Positions 23,443 through 34,147 of a stretch of 57,472 bases of DNA are shown in pieces. The stretch is from Myxococcota bacterium (GTDB taxonomy: Bacteria > Myxococcota_A > UBA9160 > PR03): the NCBI GenBank assembly GCA_041611735.1, contig JBFIML010000027.1, positions 1-57,472 on the forward strand, read 5' to 3'. Below the pieces are notes generated by a model. That model did no database searches, had not been told where the DNA came from, and saw only the letters and a list, made by a program, of their open reading frames with translations. Numbering within the stretch: position 1 is the first letter of the stretch; the number at the start of each line of letters is the position of its first letter. The translations under genes and the position numbers were made by a program.

Positions 23443-24864
23443 ATGAATGCACGGCAGGTTCTGGAGTTCGCGAAGAAGAACGACGTCGTGATGGTGGACC
23501 TCAAGTTCACTGACTGGCCGGGGATGTGGCAGCACACGTCGGTGCCGATCCACCAGCTCGAGGAGTCCTCGTTCGAGGACGGCTTCGGCTTCGACGGCTC
23601 GTCGATCCGGGGCTGGCAGGCGATCCATGCCAGCGACATGCTGGTGATCCCGGATCCCGAGACGGCCATGCTGGATCCCTTCACGGACCACCCGACCCTT
23701 TCCCTGATCTGTGACATCGTGGATCCGGTCACGCGGGAGAACTACACCCGGGACCCACGCTGGATCGCCAAGAAGGCGGCCAACTACCTGAAGATGACCG
23801 GGGTCGGCGACACGATCTACTTCGGGCCCGAGGCCGAGTTCTTCGTCTTCGACCACGTTCGCTTCGAGACCGGCCCGAACCGCGGCTTCTACTTCATCGA
23901 CTCGGTGGAGGGACGCTGGAACACGGGGCGTGAGCTCGATCTGGGCAAGCCCAACCTCGGCTACAAGCCGCGCTACAAGGAGGGATACTTCCCGGTCCCA
24001 CCCAGCGACACGCTCCAGAACCTGCGCACCGAGATGGTGCTGGAGATGGAGAAGCGCGGGATCATCATCGAGGCGCAACACCACGAGGTGGCGACCGGCG
24101 GCCAGTGCGAGATCGACATGAAGTTCCAGCCGATCGTCAAGATGGCCGACCACCTGATGCTGTACAAGTACATCATCAAGAACGTGGCGCGCCGGCACGC
24201 GATGACGGTGACCTTCATGCCGAAGCCGCTCTTCATGGACAACGGTTCGGGCATGCACTGCCACCAGTCGGTCTGGAAGGACGGCAAGCCGCTGTTCGCC
24301 GGGTCCGAGTACGCGGGCCTCTCGAAGCTGGCCCTGTACTACATCGGCGGGATCCTCAAGCACGCGAACGCCCTGGCGGCCTTCACCAACCCCACCACGA
24401 ACTCGTACAAGCGGCTGGTACCCGGGTACGAGGCGCCGGTGAACCTGGCCTACTCGAGCCGCAACCGCTCGGCCGCGTGCCGCATCCCCATGTACTCGCC
24501 GAGCCCGAAGGCGAAGCGGGTGGAGGTGCGCTTCCCGGACCCCGCCTGCAACCCGTACCTGGCCTTCGCGGCCATGGCCATGGCCGGCTTCGACGGAATC
24601 GAGAACAAGATCGATCCCGGCCAGCCGCTGGACAAGAACATCTACGCCCTCTCGCCGCAGGAGCTGGCCCAGGTGCCGACCATGCCGGCGAGCCTCGAGG
24701 AGGCGCTCGACAACCTGGAAGCGGACAAGGAGTTCCTGCTGAAGGGCGACGTCTTCACCGAGGACGCCATCGAGACCTGGATCGCCTACAAGCGCGAGCA
24801 CGAAGTGGATCCCGTGCGGCTGCGCCCGCACCCGCACGAGTTCGAGCTCTACTTCGACATCTAG
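23443..24864 (+). CDS. glnA: Glutamine synthetase type I
   Basis: [28 protein letters not shown] adenylylation site. Confidence 0.98.
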   Translation: MNARQVLEFAKKNDVVMVDLKFTDWPGMWQHTSVPIHQLEESSFEDGFGFDGSSIRGWQAIHASDMLVIPDPETAMLDPFTDHPTLSLICDIVDPVTRENYTRDPRWIAKKAANYLKMTGVGDTIYFGPEAEFFVFDHVRFETGPNRGFYFIDSVEGRWNTGRELDLGKPNLGYKPRYKEGYFPVPPSDTLQNLRTEMVLEMEKRGIIIEAQHHEVATGGQCEIDMKFQPIVKMADHLMLYKYIIKNVARRHAMTVTFMPKPLFMDNGSGMHCHQSVWKDGKPLFAGSEYAGLSKLALYYIGGILKHANALAAFTNPTTNSYKRLVPGYEAPVNLAYSSRNRSAACRIPMYSPSPKAKRVEVRFPDPACNPYLAFAAMAMAGFDGIENKIDPGQPLDKNIYALSPQELAQVPTMPASLEEALDNLEADKEFLLKGDVFTEDAIETWIAYKREHEVDPVRLRPHPHEFELYFDI

Positions 24865-24887
24865 TCGAGCTCGGGCTCCGGTTGGCT

Positions 24888-24928
24888 GCGGGCCCCGGCG
24901 GCGGTGCCGCCGGGGCCCGCTTCGTTTC
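24888..24928 (+). terminator. Intrinsic terminator after glnA
   Basis: 15-bp stem GCGGGCCCCGGCGGC/GCCGCCGGGGCCCGC then TTCGTTTC. Confidence 0.75.
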
Positions 24929-24938
24929 CGAGCGTCGC

Positions 24939-25059
24939 TGCCCACGGCGCGGGCACGTGCCCGCCGAGCAGGCAGCGGCCCGGGAAGTGCGCCGTTTCCG
25001 GCACGCTCCCGCCCGCGTTCTCGGTCCCTCGCCGCGCTCGGATTGGCACACCCATTGCT
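24939..25059 (+). promoter_or_regulatory. sigma54 promoter of amtB-glnK with tandem NtrC-like enhancer sites
   Basis: TGGCACACCCATTGCT at 25044-25059; 17-bp sites TGCCCACGGCGCGGGCA (24939-24955) and TGCCCGCCGAGCAGGCA (24958-24974). Confidence 0.85.
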
Positions 25060-25067
25060 TTCGCTGA

Positions 25068-26873
<1,806 letters not shown>

Positions 26874-26923
26874 GCCACCCGGTCGGGAACCATCCCGGAC
26901 CCGCCAGGGAAGCGATCGAGCAC

Positions 26924-27379
26924 ATGCCGAAACGACGCGTGGGCGAGCTGATGAACCCGGACGTGGTGACCCTGCGGCCGGACGCCACGGTGCAGGAGGC
27001 CCAGAAGCTGCTCTCGCGGCGCCGGGTGAGCACCGCTCCGGTGGTGGACGAGAGGGGCCACGTGCTGGGCGTCGTCTCGCTGAACGACCTGGCACGCCAC
27101 CAGGCGGAGGAGCAGACCACCGGCGAAGCGGGACTGTTCTTCAGCAGCCTCGACGAGTACCGCGACCTGGCCCGGATCCCGGCCAACCGGGGCAGCACCC
27201 CCATCGAGAAGCTGATGCGGCGGCGGGTCTACAGCGTGAGCCGCGACGCCGGGGTTGCGGTGGCGGCCAACATCATGCGCGAGCGCTGCATCCAGCGGCT
27301 GCTGGTCACCGAGAAGAGCGTCCTGGTGGGGGTGATCCGTTCGCTGGACCTGCTGCGGATCGTCGAAGAGGCCTGCTAG
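26924..27379 (+). CDS. CBS domain pair protein
   Basis: VGELM..APVVDERGHVLGVVSLNDL..LVGVIRSLDLL. Confidence 0.88.
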   Translation: MPKRRVGELMNPDVVTLRPDATVQEAQKLLSRRRVSTAPVVDERGHVLGVVSLNDLARHQAEEQTTGEAGLFFSSLDEYRDLARIPANRGSTPIEKLMRRRVYSVSRDAGVAVAANIMRERCIQRLLVTEKSVLVGVIRSLDLLRIVEEAC

Positions 27380-28182
27380 GAGCGCTCCCCGAGGCCGAGC
27401 ACCTGCTCCATCCCGTACAGGCCCGGCGCGCGCCCGCGCAGCCAACGCGCGGCCGCCAGCGCCCCGCGCGCGAAGTGGTCTCGGGTGGCGGCGCGGTGGG
27501 CGAGCTCCAGCCGCTCGCCGCGGCCCACCAGGAACAGCGTGTGCTCGCCGGGGTTGTCGCCGGCCCGCAGGGCCTGGACGCCGATCGCCCCGAGCGGGCG
27601 CTCCCCGGTCTCGCCCTCCCGGGCCAGGACCAGCCGCTCCCCGCCGGGTCGGCCCCGCCCCTCGGCGACCGCCGCCGCGAGGCGCAGCGCCGTTCCGCTC
27701 GGCGCATCCCGCTTGGCCGCGTGGTGCAGCTCCACGATCTCGGCATCGAAACCCTCGCCCAGGAGCCGCGCCGCCTCGCGCACCAGGTGCACCAGCACGT
27801 TCACGGCCACCGAGAAGTTCGGGGCAGCGACGATCGGCAGGCGGGCCGCGAGCCCCTCGAGCTCGGCGCGCTGTGCGGCGCCGAAGCCCGTGGTGCCGAC
27901 GACGCAGGGGACGCCGGCATCGGCCGCGGCGCGCAGCAACGCCAGACTCGAGGCGGGGGTCGAGAAGTCGATGGCCACGTCGGCCCCCTCCAGGGCGGCC
28001 TTCGGATCCTCCCCCACGCGCACCCCTCCCGGCAGCGCGCTGCCGAGGGCCGGGTGGCCGGGAGCCTCCAGGGCGCCGGCCAGCGTGGCGTCCGCGGCCT
28101 CCGCCACCGCCGCCCGCACCCGCTCGCCCATGCGGCCGAGGGCCCCGACCACCAGTACCCGCAGCGGGGCGCCGGCGCTCAA
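27376..28182 (-). CDS. dapB: 4-hydroxy-tetrahydrodipicolinate reductase
   Basis: GALGRMG, IDFS, GTTG, ELHHAAKRDAPSGTA; TTG start overlapping dapA stop. Confidence 0.96.
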   Translation of the reverse strand: MSAGAPLRVLVVGALGRMGERVRAAVAEAADATLAGALEAPGHPALGSALPGGVRVGEDPKAALEGADVAIDFSTPASSLALLRAAADAGVPCVVGTTGFGAAQRAELEGLAARLPIVAAPNFSVAVNVLVHLVREAARLLGEGFDAEIVELHHAAKRDAPSGTALRLAAAVAEGRGRPGGERLVLAREGETGERPLGAIGVQALRAGDNPGEHTLFLVGRGERLELAHRAATRDHFARGALAAARWLRGRAPGLYGMEQVLGLGERS

Positions 28183-29051
28183 AGCAGGCCGTGCTCCTTG
28201 AGCAGCACCTGGAGCCGCTCGCGGTGGCCCTCGGAAAGGGGCACCAGGGGAAGGCGCAGCTCCTCCCGGATCAGGCCGCGCAGCGCCAGGGCAGCCTTGA
28301 GCGGGATGGGGTTCGTCTCGCAGAAGAGCACCTCGACCAGCGGCAGGAGCTGCTGATGGAGCTGGCGCGCCCGCTCCACGTCGCCGCTGCGGAAGGCACG
28401 CACCATCTGCACCACCTCGGCGGGCGCCACGTTGGAGATGGTGGAGATGGCGCCGCGGCCCCCCACCGCCAGGATCGGGAGCGTGAGCGCATCGTCGCCG
28501 GAGAGCACCACGAAGTCGGCGGGGCAACGGGACACCACCAGCGAGACCTGACGCAGGTCGCCGCTCGCCTCCTTGACCCCCACCACCTGTTCGATGTCCG
28601 CCAGGCGCGCCATGGTCTCCACGTCGATGTTCGACGCAGTGCGACCGGGGATGTTGTAGACCAACAGGGGGCAGGCGGTCTGACGGGCCACCTCCGCGTA
28701 GTGCGCCACGATCCCGGCCGGGGTCGGCTTGTTGTAATAGGGCGAGATGAGCAGCGCTCCGTCGGCCCCCGCCTCCTTGGCGTGGCGGGTCAGGGCGACG
28801 GCCTCCTCGGTGGAGTTGGAGCCCGTGCCGGCCAGCACCTGCACGCGGCCCCGGGCGGCCGCCACCGTCACCTCGATCACGCGGCGATGCTCCGCGTGGG
28901 AGAGCGTCGCCGCCTCGCCCGTGGTGCCGCACGGGACGATCCCGTTCACGCCGGCCGCCACCTGCAGCTCCACCAGATGCTGGATGGCCCGCTCGTCCAC
29001 GGCCCCGTCCCGGAACGGGGTCACCAACGCGGTGAGGACGCCTTCGAACAC
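28179..29051 (-). CDS. dapA: 4-hydroxy-tetrahydrodipicolinate synthase
   Basis: TALVTPF, GTTGE, PYYNKP, YNIPGRT, GVKEASG, ETNPIPLK. Confidence 0.97.
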   Translation of the reverse strand: MFEGVLTALVTPFRDGAVDERAIQHLVELQVAAGVNGIVPCGTTGEAATLSHAEHRRVIEVTVAAARGRVQVLAGTGSNSTEEAVALTRHAKEAGADGALLISPYYNKPTPAGIVAHYAEVARQTACPLLVYNIPGRTASNIDVETMARLADIEQVVGVKEASGDLRQVSLVVSRCPADFVVLSGDDALTLPILAVGGRGAISTISNVAPAEVVQMVRAFRSGDVERARQLHQQLLPLVEVLFCETNPIPLKAALALRGLIREELRLPLVPLSEGHRERLQVLLKEHGLL

Positions 29052-29053
29052 GC

Positions 29054-29902
29054 TCAGTCTCCTTCCAGGGCGATGCGGCCCGTGAAGACCTCGACCGCGG
29101 GGCCGGTCATCCGCACGCTGCCCGCGTCCTCGGGCCAGGCGATCTCGAGCTCGCCCCCGCGCAGCTCGATGGTGATGGCGCGCTCCGTGCGCCCGCCGAG
29201 GACCGCGGCCACCCCCACCGCGCTGGCGCCGGAGCCGCAGGAAAGCGTCTCTCCGGTCCCGCGCTCCCAGGTCCGCTGACGAAGCCTTCGGCGCGAGACG
29301 ACCTCCACGAACTCGACGTTGACTCGGTTCGGAAACGCCTGGTGATGCTCGATGCGCGGACCGAGGCGCTCGACCGGGGCCCGCTCCACGTCGTCCACCC
29401 AGATCACGCAGTGGGGATTGCCCATGGAGACGCAGGTGACCCGGAGCCGCTCCCCCTCCACCTCGAGGGGGGCGTCCACCACCGGCCCCTCACCCGCGCC
29501 CAGGCGGGTCGGAATCTTGGCGGGGGCGAGCACCGGGCGCCCCATGTCGACGCCCACCCGGTCCGGGCCCACCCAGTGTGGCCGCACGATCCCCGCGAGG
29601 GTCTCCAGGGCGAACTCGTCCAGGGTCACGATGCCGCGATCGCGCAGCCACTTCGTGAAGACCCGCACCCCGTTTCCGCTCATCTCGGCGCGCGAGCCAT
29701 CGGGGTTGTAGACGTCCATGCGCGCATCGGCCGTGCCGGACGGGCGCGCCACCAGGAGCTGGTCGCCGCCGATCCCGAAGCGCCGGTCCAGGAGCCGGCG
29801 CGCCAGGCGCTCGGGGTCGCCCGGGTCCCCACCGCGCCCGTCGATCACCACGAAGTCGTTCCCGGTCCCCTGCATCTTCGTGAACTCGAGGCAGGGACTC
29901 AT
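29054..29902 (-). CDS. dapF: Diaminopimelate epimerase
   Basis: FTKMQGTGNDF, AEMSGNG (first catalytic Cys appears as Ser), SMGNPH, ERGTGETLSCGSG. Confidence 0.93.
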   Translation of the reverse strand: MSPCLEFTKMQGTGNDFVVIDGRGGDPGDPERLARRLLDRRFGIGGDQLLVARPSGTADARMDVYNPDGSRAEMSGNGVRVFTKWLRDRGIVTLDEFALETLAGIVRPHWVGPDRVGVDMGRPVLAPAKIPTRLGAGEGPVVDAPLEVEGERLRVTCVSMGNPHCVIWVDDVERAPVERLGPRIEHHQAFPNRVNVEFVEVVSRRRLRQRTWERGTGETLSCGSGASAVGVAAVLGGRTERAITIELRGGELEIAWPEDAGSVRMTGPAVEVFTGRIALEGD

Positions 29903-31164
29903 CCGGTGAGGTCCTCCGGGATCGTCTCGCCCCGCACCAGGTCCTCGAGGGTCTCTCGGGCCCGCACCACCTCGAAGCGCGCGCCCCGGACCAGCACCTC
30001 GGCGGGCCGCGGGCGACCGTTGTAGTTGGAGGCCATGGCGAAGCCGTAGGCGCCGGCGGAGCGGACCGCCACCAGGTCCCCGGCCTCCAGCGCCGGGAGC
30101 GCCCGGTCCCGGGCCAGGAAGTCTCCGGACTCGCACACCGGACCCACCACGTCGACCCGCTCCTCGCCGGGCCGCGGCGGCCCCACCGGCTCGATGGCGT
30201 GGTGGCCCTGGTAGAGGGCCGGGCGCAGCAGATCGTTCATGGCCGCGTCCACGATCACGAAGCGCTTGTCGTCGTTGGTCTTGCGGTAGATCACCCGGGC
30301 CAGCAGGACGCCGGCATTGGCGGTGATCCAGCGCCCGGGCTCCAGCACGAGCTCGCAGCCCAGGTCGCCCACCGCCTGGAGCACGGCCCCGGCGTAGGCG
30401 CGCACGTCGGCGGGCTCGTCCTGCTCCTGGTAGCGGACCCCGAGGCCGCCCCCCACGTCGATCACCCGGATCGCATGGCCCGCCTCGCGCAAGGACTCCA
30501 CCAGGCCCCGCACGCGTCCCAGGGCGTCCGCAAAGGGCTGGACGCCGAGCAGCTGGGACCCGATGTGGCAGTCCACGCCCACCACCTGCAGGTGGTCGAG
30601 GGCCTTGGCCTCGGCGTAGGCGTCCATGGCCTCGGCGATGGGGATGCCGAACTTGGCCGAGCGCAGGCCGGTGGAGATGTACGGGTGGGTGCGGGGGTCC
30701 ACGTCCGGGTTCACGCGCAGGGCGATGGGCGCCCGCTCGCCCCGGCGGGCGGCCAGCGCGTCGATCCGGCGCAGCTCCGCCCGGGACTCCACATTGAACA
30801 TGCGGATGCCGGTGGCGAGAGCGCGCTCGATCTCCGGGTCGGTCTTCCCGACCCCGGAGTAGACGATGCCTGCCGGGTCGGCGCCGGCCCGCAGCGCCCG
30901 GAACAGCTCTCCGCCCGAGGTCACGTCTACGCCCGCCCCACGGGCCACCAGGGTGCGGACCACGGCCAGGTTCATGTTGGACTTGATGGCGTAGCAGATG
31001 AGGTGCGGCGTCCCGGCGAACGCGTCATGAAGCGCGTCATACGCGTCGTGCAGCGCCGTCGCGCTGTAGACGTAGGCAGGCGTCCCCACCGCCTCGGCAA
31101 TGCGCTCGAGGGGTACCTCCTCGGCGAAGAGTCGGCCGTCGCGACGGGAGAAGCGCTCGGTCAT
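29899..31164 (-). CDS. lysA: Diaminopimelate decarboxylase
   Basis: YAIKSN, HIGSQ, EPGR, GPVCESGD, MASNYN. Confidence 0.97.
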   Translation of the reverse strand: MTERFSRRDGRLFAEEVPLERIAEAVGTPAYVYSATALHDAYDALHDAFAGTPHLICYAIKSNMNLAVVRTLVARGAGVDVTSGGELFRALRAGADPAGIVYSGVGKTDPEIERALATGIRMFNVESRAELRRIDALAARRGERAPIALRVNPDVDPRTHPYISTGLRSAKFGIPIAEAMDAYAEAKALDHLQVVGVDCHIGSQLLGVQPFADALGRVRGLVESLREAGHAIRVIDVGGGLGVRYQEQDEPADVRAYAGAVLQAVGDLGCELVLEPGRWITANAGVLLARVIYRKTNDDKRFVIVDAAMNDLLRPALYQGHHAIEPVGPPRPGEERVDVVGPVCESGDFLARDRALPALEAGDLVAVRSAGAYGFAMASNYNGRPRPAEVLVRGARFEVVRARETLEDLVRGETIPEDLTG

Positions 31165-31340
31165 CGGGGCCTCTCCGGAACCTCGGAACCGTCGTCGCGC
31201 TCCTGGCTCGCATCCGGAGCGGCAGGCGCGGCCGTCGGCGCGGCCGCCGCGGGGCGGGCACGCTGTGGGGGACCGTACTTTCCGCACGCCGCCGGCGCGA
31301 GGCCCGCCAGGAAGATCGCGGCGAGGACCGCCCGCCTCAC
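31161..31340 (-). CDS. Small lipoprotein, LptM/YifL-like
   Basis: Lipobox AAC then GKYGPP; lies between argH and lysA with overlaps at both ends. Confidence 0.75.
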   Translation of the reverse strand: MRRAVLAAIFLAGLAPAACGKYGPPQRARPAAAAPTAAPAAPDASQERDDGSEVPERPR

Positions 31341-32755
31341 GAGCCGGGCTCGAGCGTTGCGAGGCGCCCGGCCTCCGCTTCGCACTCCTGCTCCGCCCGC
31401 GCCAGGGCCTCGAGGACGCGCTGCCGGGCGGTGCCGCCGGGGAGCGCGCGCCGCTCGAGGGCCTGCTCGAGGCCGACCAGCTCTCCGGCCGGCGCCGGGA
31501 AGGCGGGATGGAAGGCGCGCAGGTCCTCCCGGGAGAGCTTGCGCAGGTCCAGGTCCTTCTGGAGGCAGTCAGCCACCAGGCGCCCCACGACCTCGTGGGC
31601 CTCGCGGAAGGGAACCCCTTCCCGCACCAGCACCTCCGCCAGGTCCGTGGCCAGCAGCATGGGATCCTCGGCGGCGGCGCGCATGCGGGCCGCGTCCACC
31701 CGCAGGGTCGCCAGCGCCCCCGCCATCACCGCCAGGCAGTCGCCCAGGGTTGAGGCGGCGTCGAAGACCGGCTCCTTGTCCTCCTGGAGGTCCCGGGTGT
31801 AGGTCAGGGGGAGCCCCTTCAGCATGGTGAGGAGCGCCACCAGATCGCCGATCACGCGGCCCGCCTTCCCGCGCACCAGCTCGGGCACGTCCGGGTTCTT
31901 CTTCTGGGGCATCAGGCTCGAGCCCGTGGAGAAGGCGTCGGCCAGCTCCACGAAGCCGAACTCGCTGGACGACCAGAGCACCAGCTCCTCCGCCAGGCGC
32001 GAGAGGTGGACCATGCAGAGCGCCGCCGCGGCCAGGAACTCCCCGGCCAGGTCCCGGGAAGCCACCGCGTCCATGCTGTTCGGGGCGGGTGCCGCAAAGC
32101 CCAGTGCCCGGGCCGTCTCCTCCCGGTCGAGAGGCAGGGTCGAGCCCGCCAGGGCGCCGGCGCCGAGGGGGCAGTGGACCAGGCGCCCACCCAGGTCCGC
32201 GAAGCGGCCGGCGTCGCGCCCGAGCATCTCCACGTAGGCGAGCCAGTGATGGGCGAGCCGCACGGGCTGGGCGCGCTGGAGGTGCGTGTAGCCGGGCAGG
32301 ACCGTGTCCAGGTGCTCCCGGGCCCGCTCGAGCAGGACGCGCCGCAGCTCCAGCAGGCTGCGGCGGGCCGCGATCGCCACGTCGCGCAGGTAGAGCGCCA
32401 GGTCCGTGGCCACCTGGTCGTTGCGGCTGCGCCCGGTGTGAAGCTTGCCGGCCACGGCGCCGAGCCGCTCCCGCAGCCGGGCCTCCAGGTTCATGTGCAC
32501 GTCCTCGAGGGCCGGGTCGAGCTCGAGGCCTCCGCTGTCGAGCTCGAGCCCCAGGGCGAGCAGTCCTTCCACGAGGGCGTCCGCCTCCTCCGGCCGGATG
32601 AGCCCGGCCTTGGCCAGCATGCGGGCGTGGGCCACGGAGCCCCGGATGTCGTGCCGGGCCAGGGCGCGGTCGAAGTGCACCGAGGCGGTGAAGCGCTCCA
32701 CACCGGGATCCGTCCGCTGCCGGAACCGACCCCCCCAGGGTTTGTCCTTGCCCAT
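31337..32755 (-). CDS. argH: Argininosuccinate lyase
   Basis: WGGRF, HTGRSRNDQ, GSSLMPQKKNPD. Confidence 0.97.
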   Translation of the reverse strand: MGKDKPWGGRFRQRTDPGVERFTASVHFDRALARHDIRGSVAHARMLAKAGLIRPEEADALVEGLLALGLELDSGGLELDPALEDVHMNLEARLRERLGAVAGKLHTGRSRNDQVATDLALYLRDVAIAARRSLLELRRVLLERAREHLDTVLPGYTHLQRAQPVRLAHHWLAYVEMLGRDAGRFADLGGRLVHCPLGAGALAGSTLPLDREETARALGFAAPAPNSMDAVASRDLAGEFLAAAALCMVHLSRLAEELVLWSSSEFGFVELADAFSTGSSLMPQKKNPDVPELVRGKAGRVIGDLVALLTMLKGLPLTYTRDLQEDKEPVFDAASTLGDCLAVMAGALATLRVDAARMRAAAEDPMLLATDLAEVLVREGVPFREAHEVVGRLVADCLQKDLDLRKLSREDLRAFHPAFPAPAGELVGLEQALERRALPGGTARQRVLEALARAEQECEAEAGRLATLEPGS

Positions 32756-32975
32756 GGGCCGAAATCTCCGTGACCGCGGGGGCTTTGGCAAGCGCGGCGT
32801 TGCGGGACCCATCCCCCTCCCCTAGCCTACCGCGGCCGCGACCCGGAGGTGGGGGCGCAAGTCTCCGGCCGCTTCCGGTGCTCCCGGGGGGCTGCCCGGC
32901 CCCTGCGCGGACCCCCAGACCTCCCGGTCCAGCGCATGCCGCGCCGCTTCGACGCGGCACACGAGGCCCGGCCCG

Positions 32976-34097
32976 ATGATCATCGTCATGAAGGCGGACG
33001 TGCAGGCGGATTCGCCCGAGGTCCAGCGCGTGATCGCGCTGGCGGAGAGCTTCCCGGGCATCCACACCAAGGTGCACCAGATCCAGGGCGTCACCCGTTC
33101 GGTCACCGAGATCTATCTCCTCGGCCAGACCGGTGTGATCCCGACGAGTCCCTTCGAGGAGTTCGCCAGCGTCGAGAAGGTGGTGCGGGTCACCGAGAAG
33201 TTTCGGACGGTGGGCCGACACGAGGGGCGCAACGAGCCCCTGGGCTTCGAGTACAACGGCGTCCAGATCACCCAGGACAACCTGACGCTCTTCCCGGGAC
33301 TGTGCGCCGTGGACACGCGGGAGAACACCGAGCTCATGTTCCAGGCGCTAGCGCAGCATGGGATCGTCACGGCCCGGGCGGGGGCCTACAAGCCGCGCAC
33401 CAGCCCCTACGACTTCCAGGGGCACGGCGCCGCGTGCCTGCCCTACGTCTTCGAGCTGGCGGGCAGGCACGGGATCCGCGTGCTGGCCATGGAGATCACC
33501 CACGAAGACCACGTGGAGGAGATCCACGCCGCCCTGGAGGCGGCGGGGCATCCGACCGGTGTCATGCTCCAGATCGGCACCCGCAACGCCCAGAACTTCG
33601 AGCTGCTGAAGGCCGTGGGCCAGCAGACCGAGTTCCCGGTCCTGTTCAAGCGGGGCATGGGCATCACCCTGGAGGAGTCCCTGAACGCCTGCGAGTACGT
33701 GGCGTCCAGCGGAAACCATCGGGTCGTCTTCTGCCTGCGGGGCATGAAGTCCCAGTTCGGCGATCCGCACCGGAACTTCGTGGACTTCGGGCACGTGCCG
33801 GTGGTGCAGCGCCTGACGCGCCTGCCCGTCTGCGTCGATCCCTCCCACTCGGTGGGCCGCCGGGCGGTCGCCCCCGACGGGATCCTCGACATCTTCCACG
33901 CGACTGCCCAGGGGGTGATCGCAGGCGCCAACCTGGTGCTGGTGGACTTCCATCCGCGGCCCGAGGAGGCCCTCTGCGACGGCCCGCAGGCGCTGCTGTT
34001 GGAGGAGCTGCGGCACTTCCTGGAGGATGTGGCGATCACGCGCCGCGCCTACGAGGAGCGCCGCAAGCTGCGGGCCCGAACCGTGGAGAAGACCTAG
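32976..34097 (+). CDS. aroF: DAHP synthase type I-beta with N-terminal regulatory domain
   Basis: AYKPRTSPYDFQG, QIGTRNAQNF, KRG, DPSH, CDGPQ. Confidence 0.9.
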   Translation: MIIVMKADVQADSPEVQRVIALAESFPGIHTKVHQIQGVTRSVTEIYLLGQTGVIPTSPFEEFASVEKVVRVTEKFRTVGRHEGRNEPLGFEYNGVQITQDNLTLFPGLCAVDTRENTELMFQALAQHGIVTARAGAYKPRTSPYDFQGHGAACLPYVFELAGRHGIRVLAMEITHEDHVEEIHAALEAAGHPTGVMLQIGTRNAQNFELLKAVGQQTEFPVLFKRGMGITLEESLNACEYVASSGNHRVVFCLRGMKSQFGDPHRNFVDFGHVPVVQRLTRLPVCVDPSHSVGRRAVAPDGILDIFHATAQGVIAGANLVLVDFHPRPEEALCDGPQALLLEELRHFLEDVAITRRAYEERRKLRARTVEKT

Positions 34098-34147
34098 GCT
34101 CCGGCGCGACGCGCGCCGCCCTCGCCTCCCCCAGCGGAGGATTCCGC

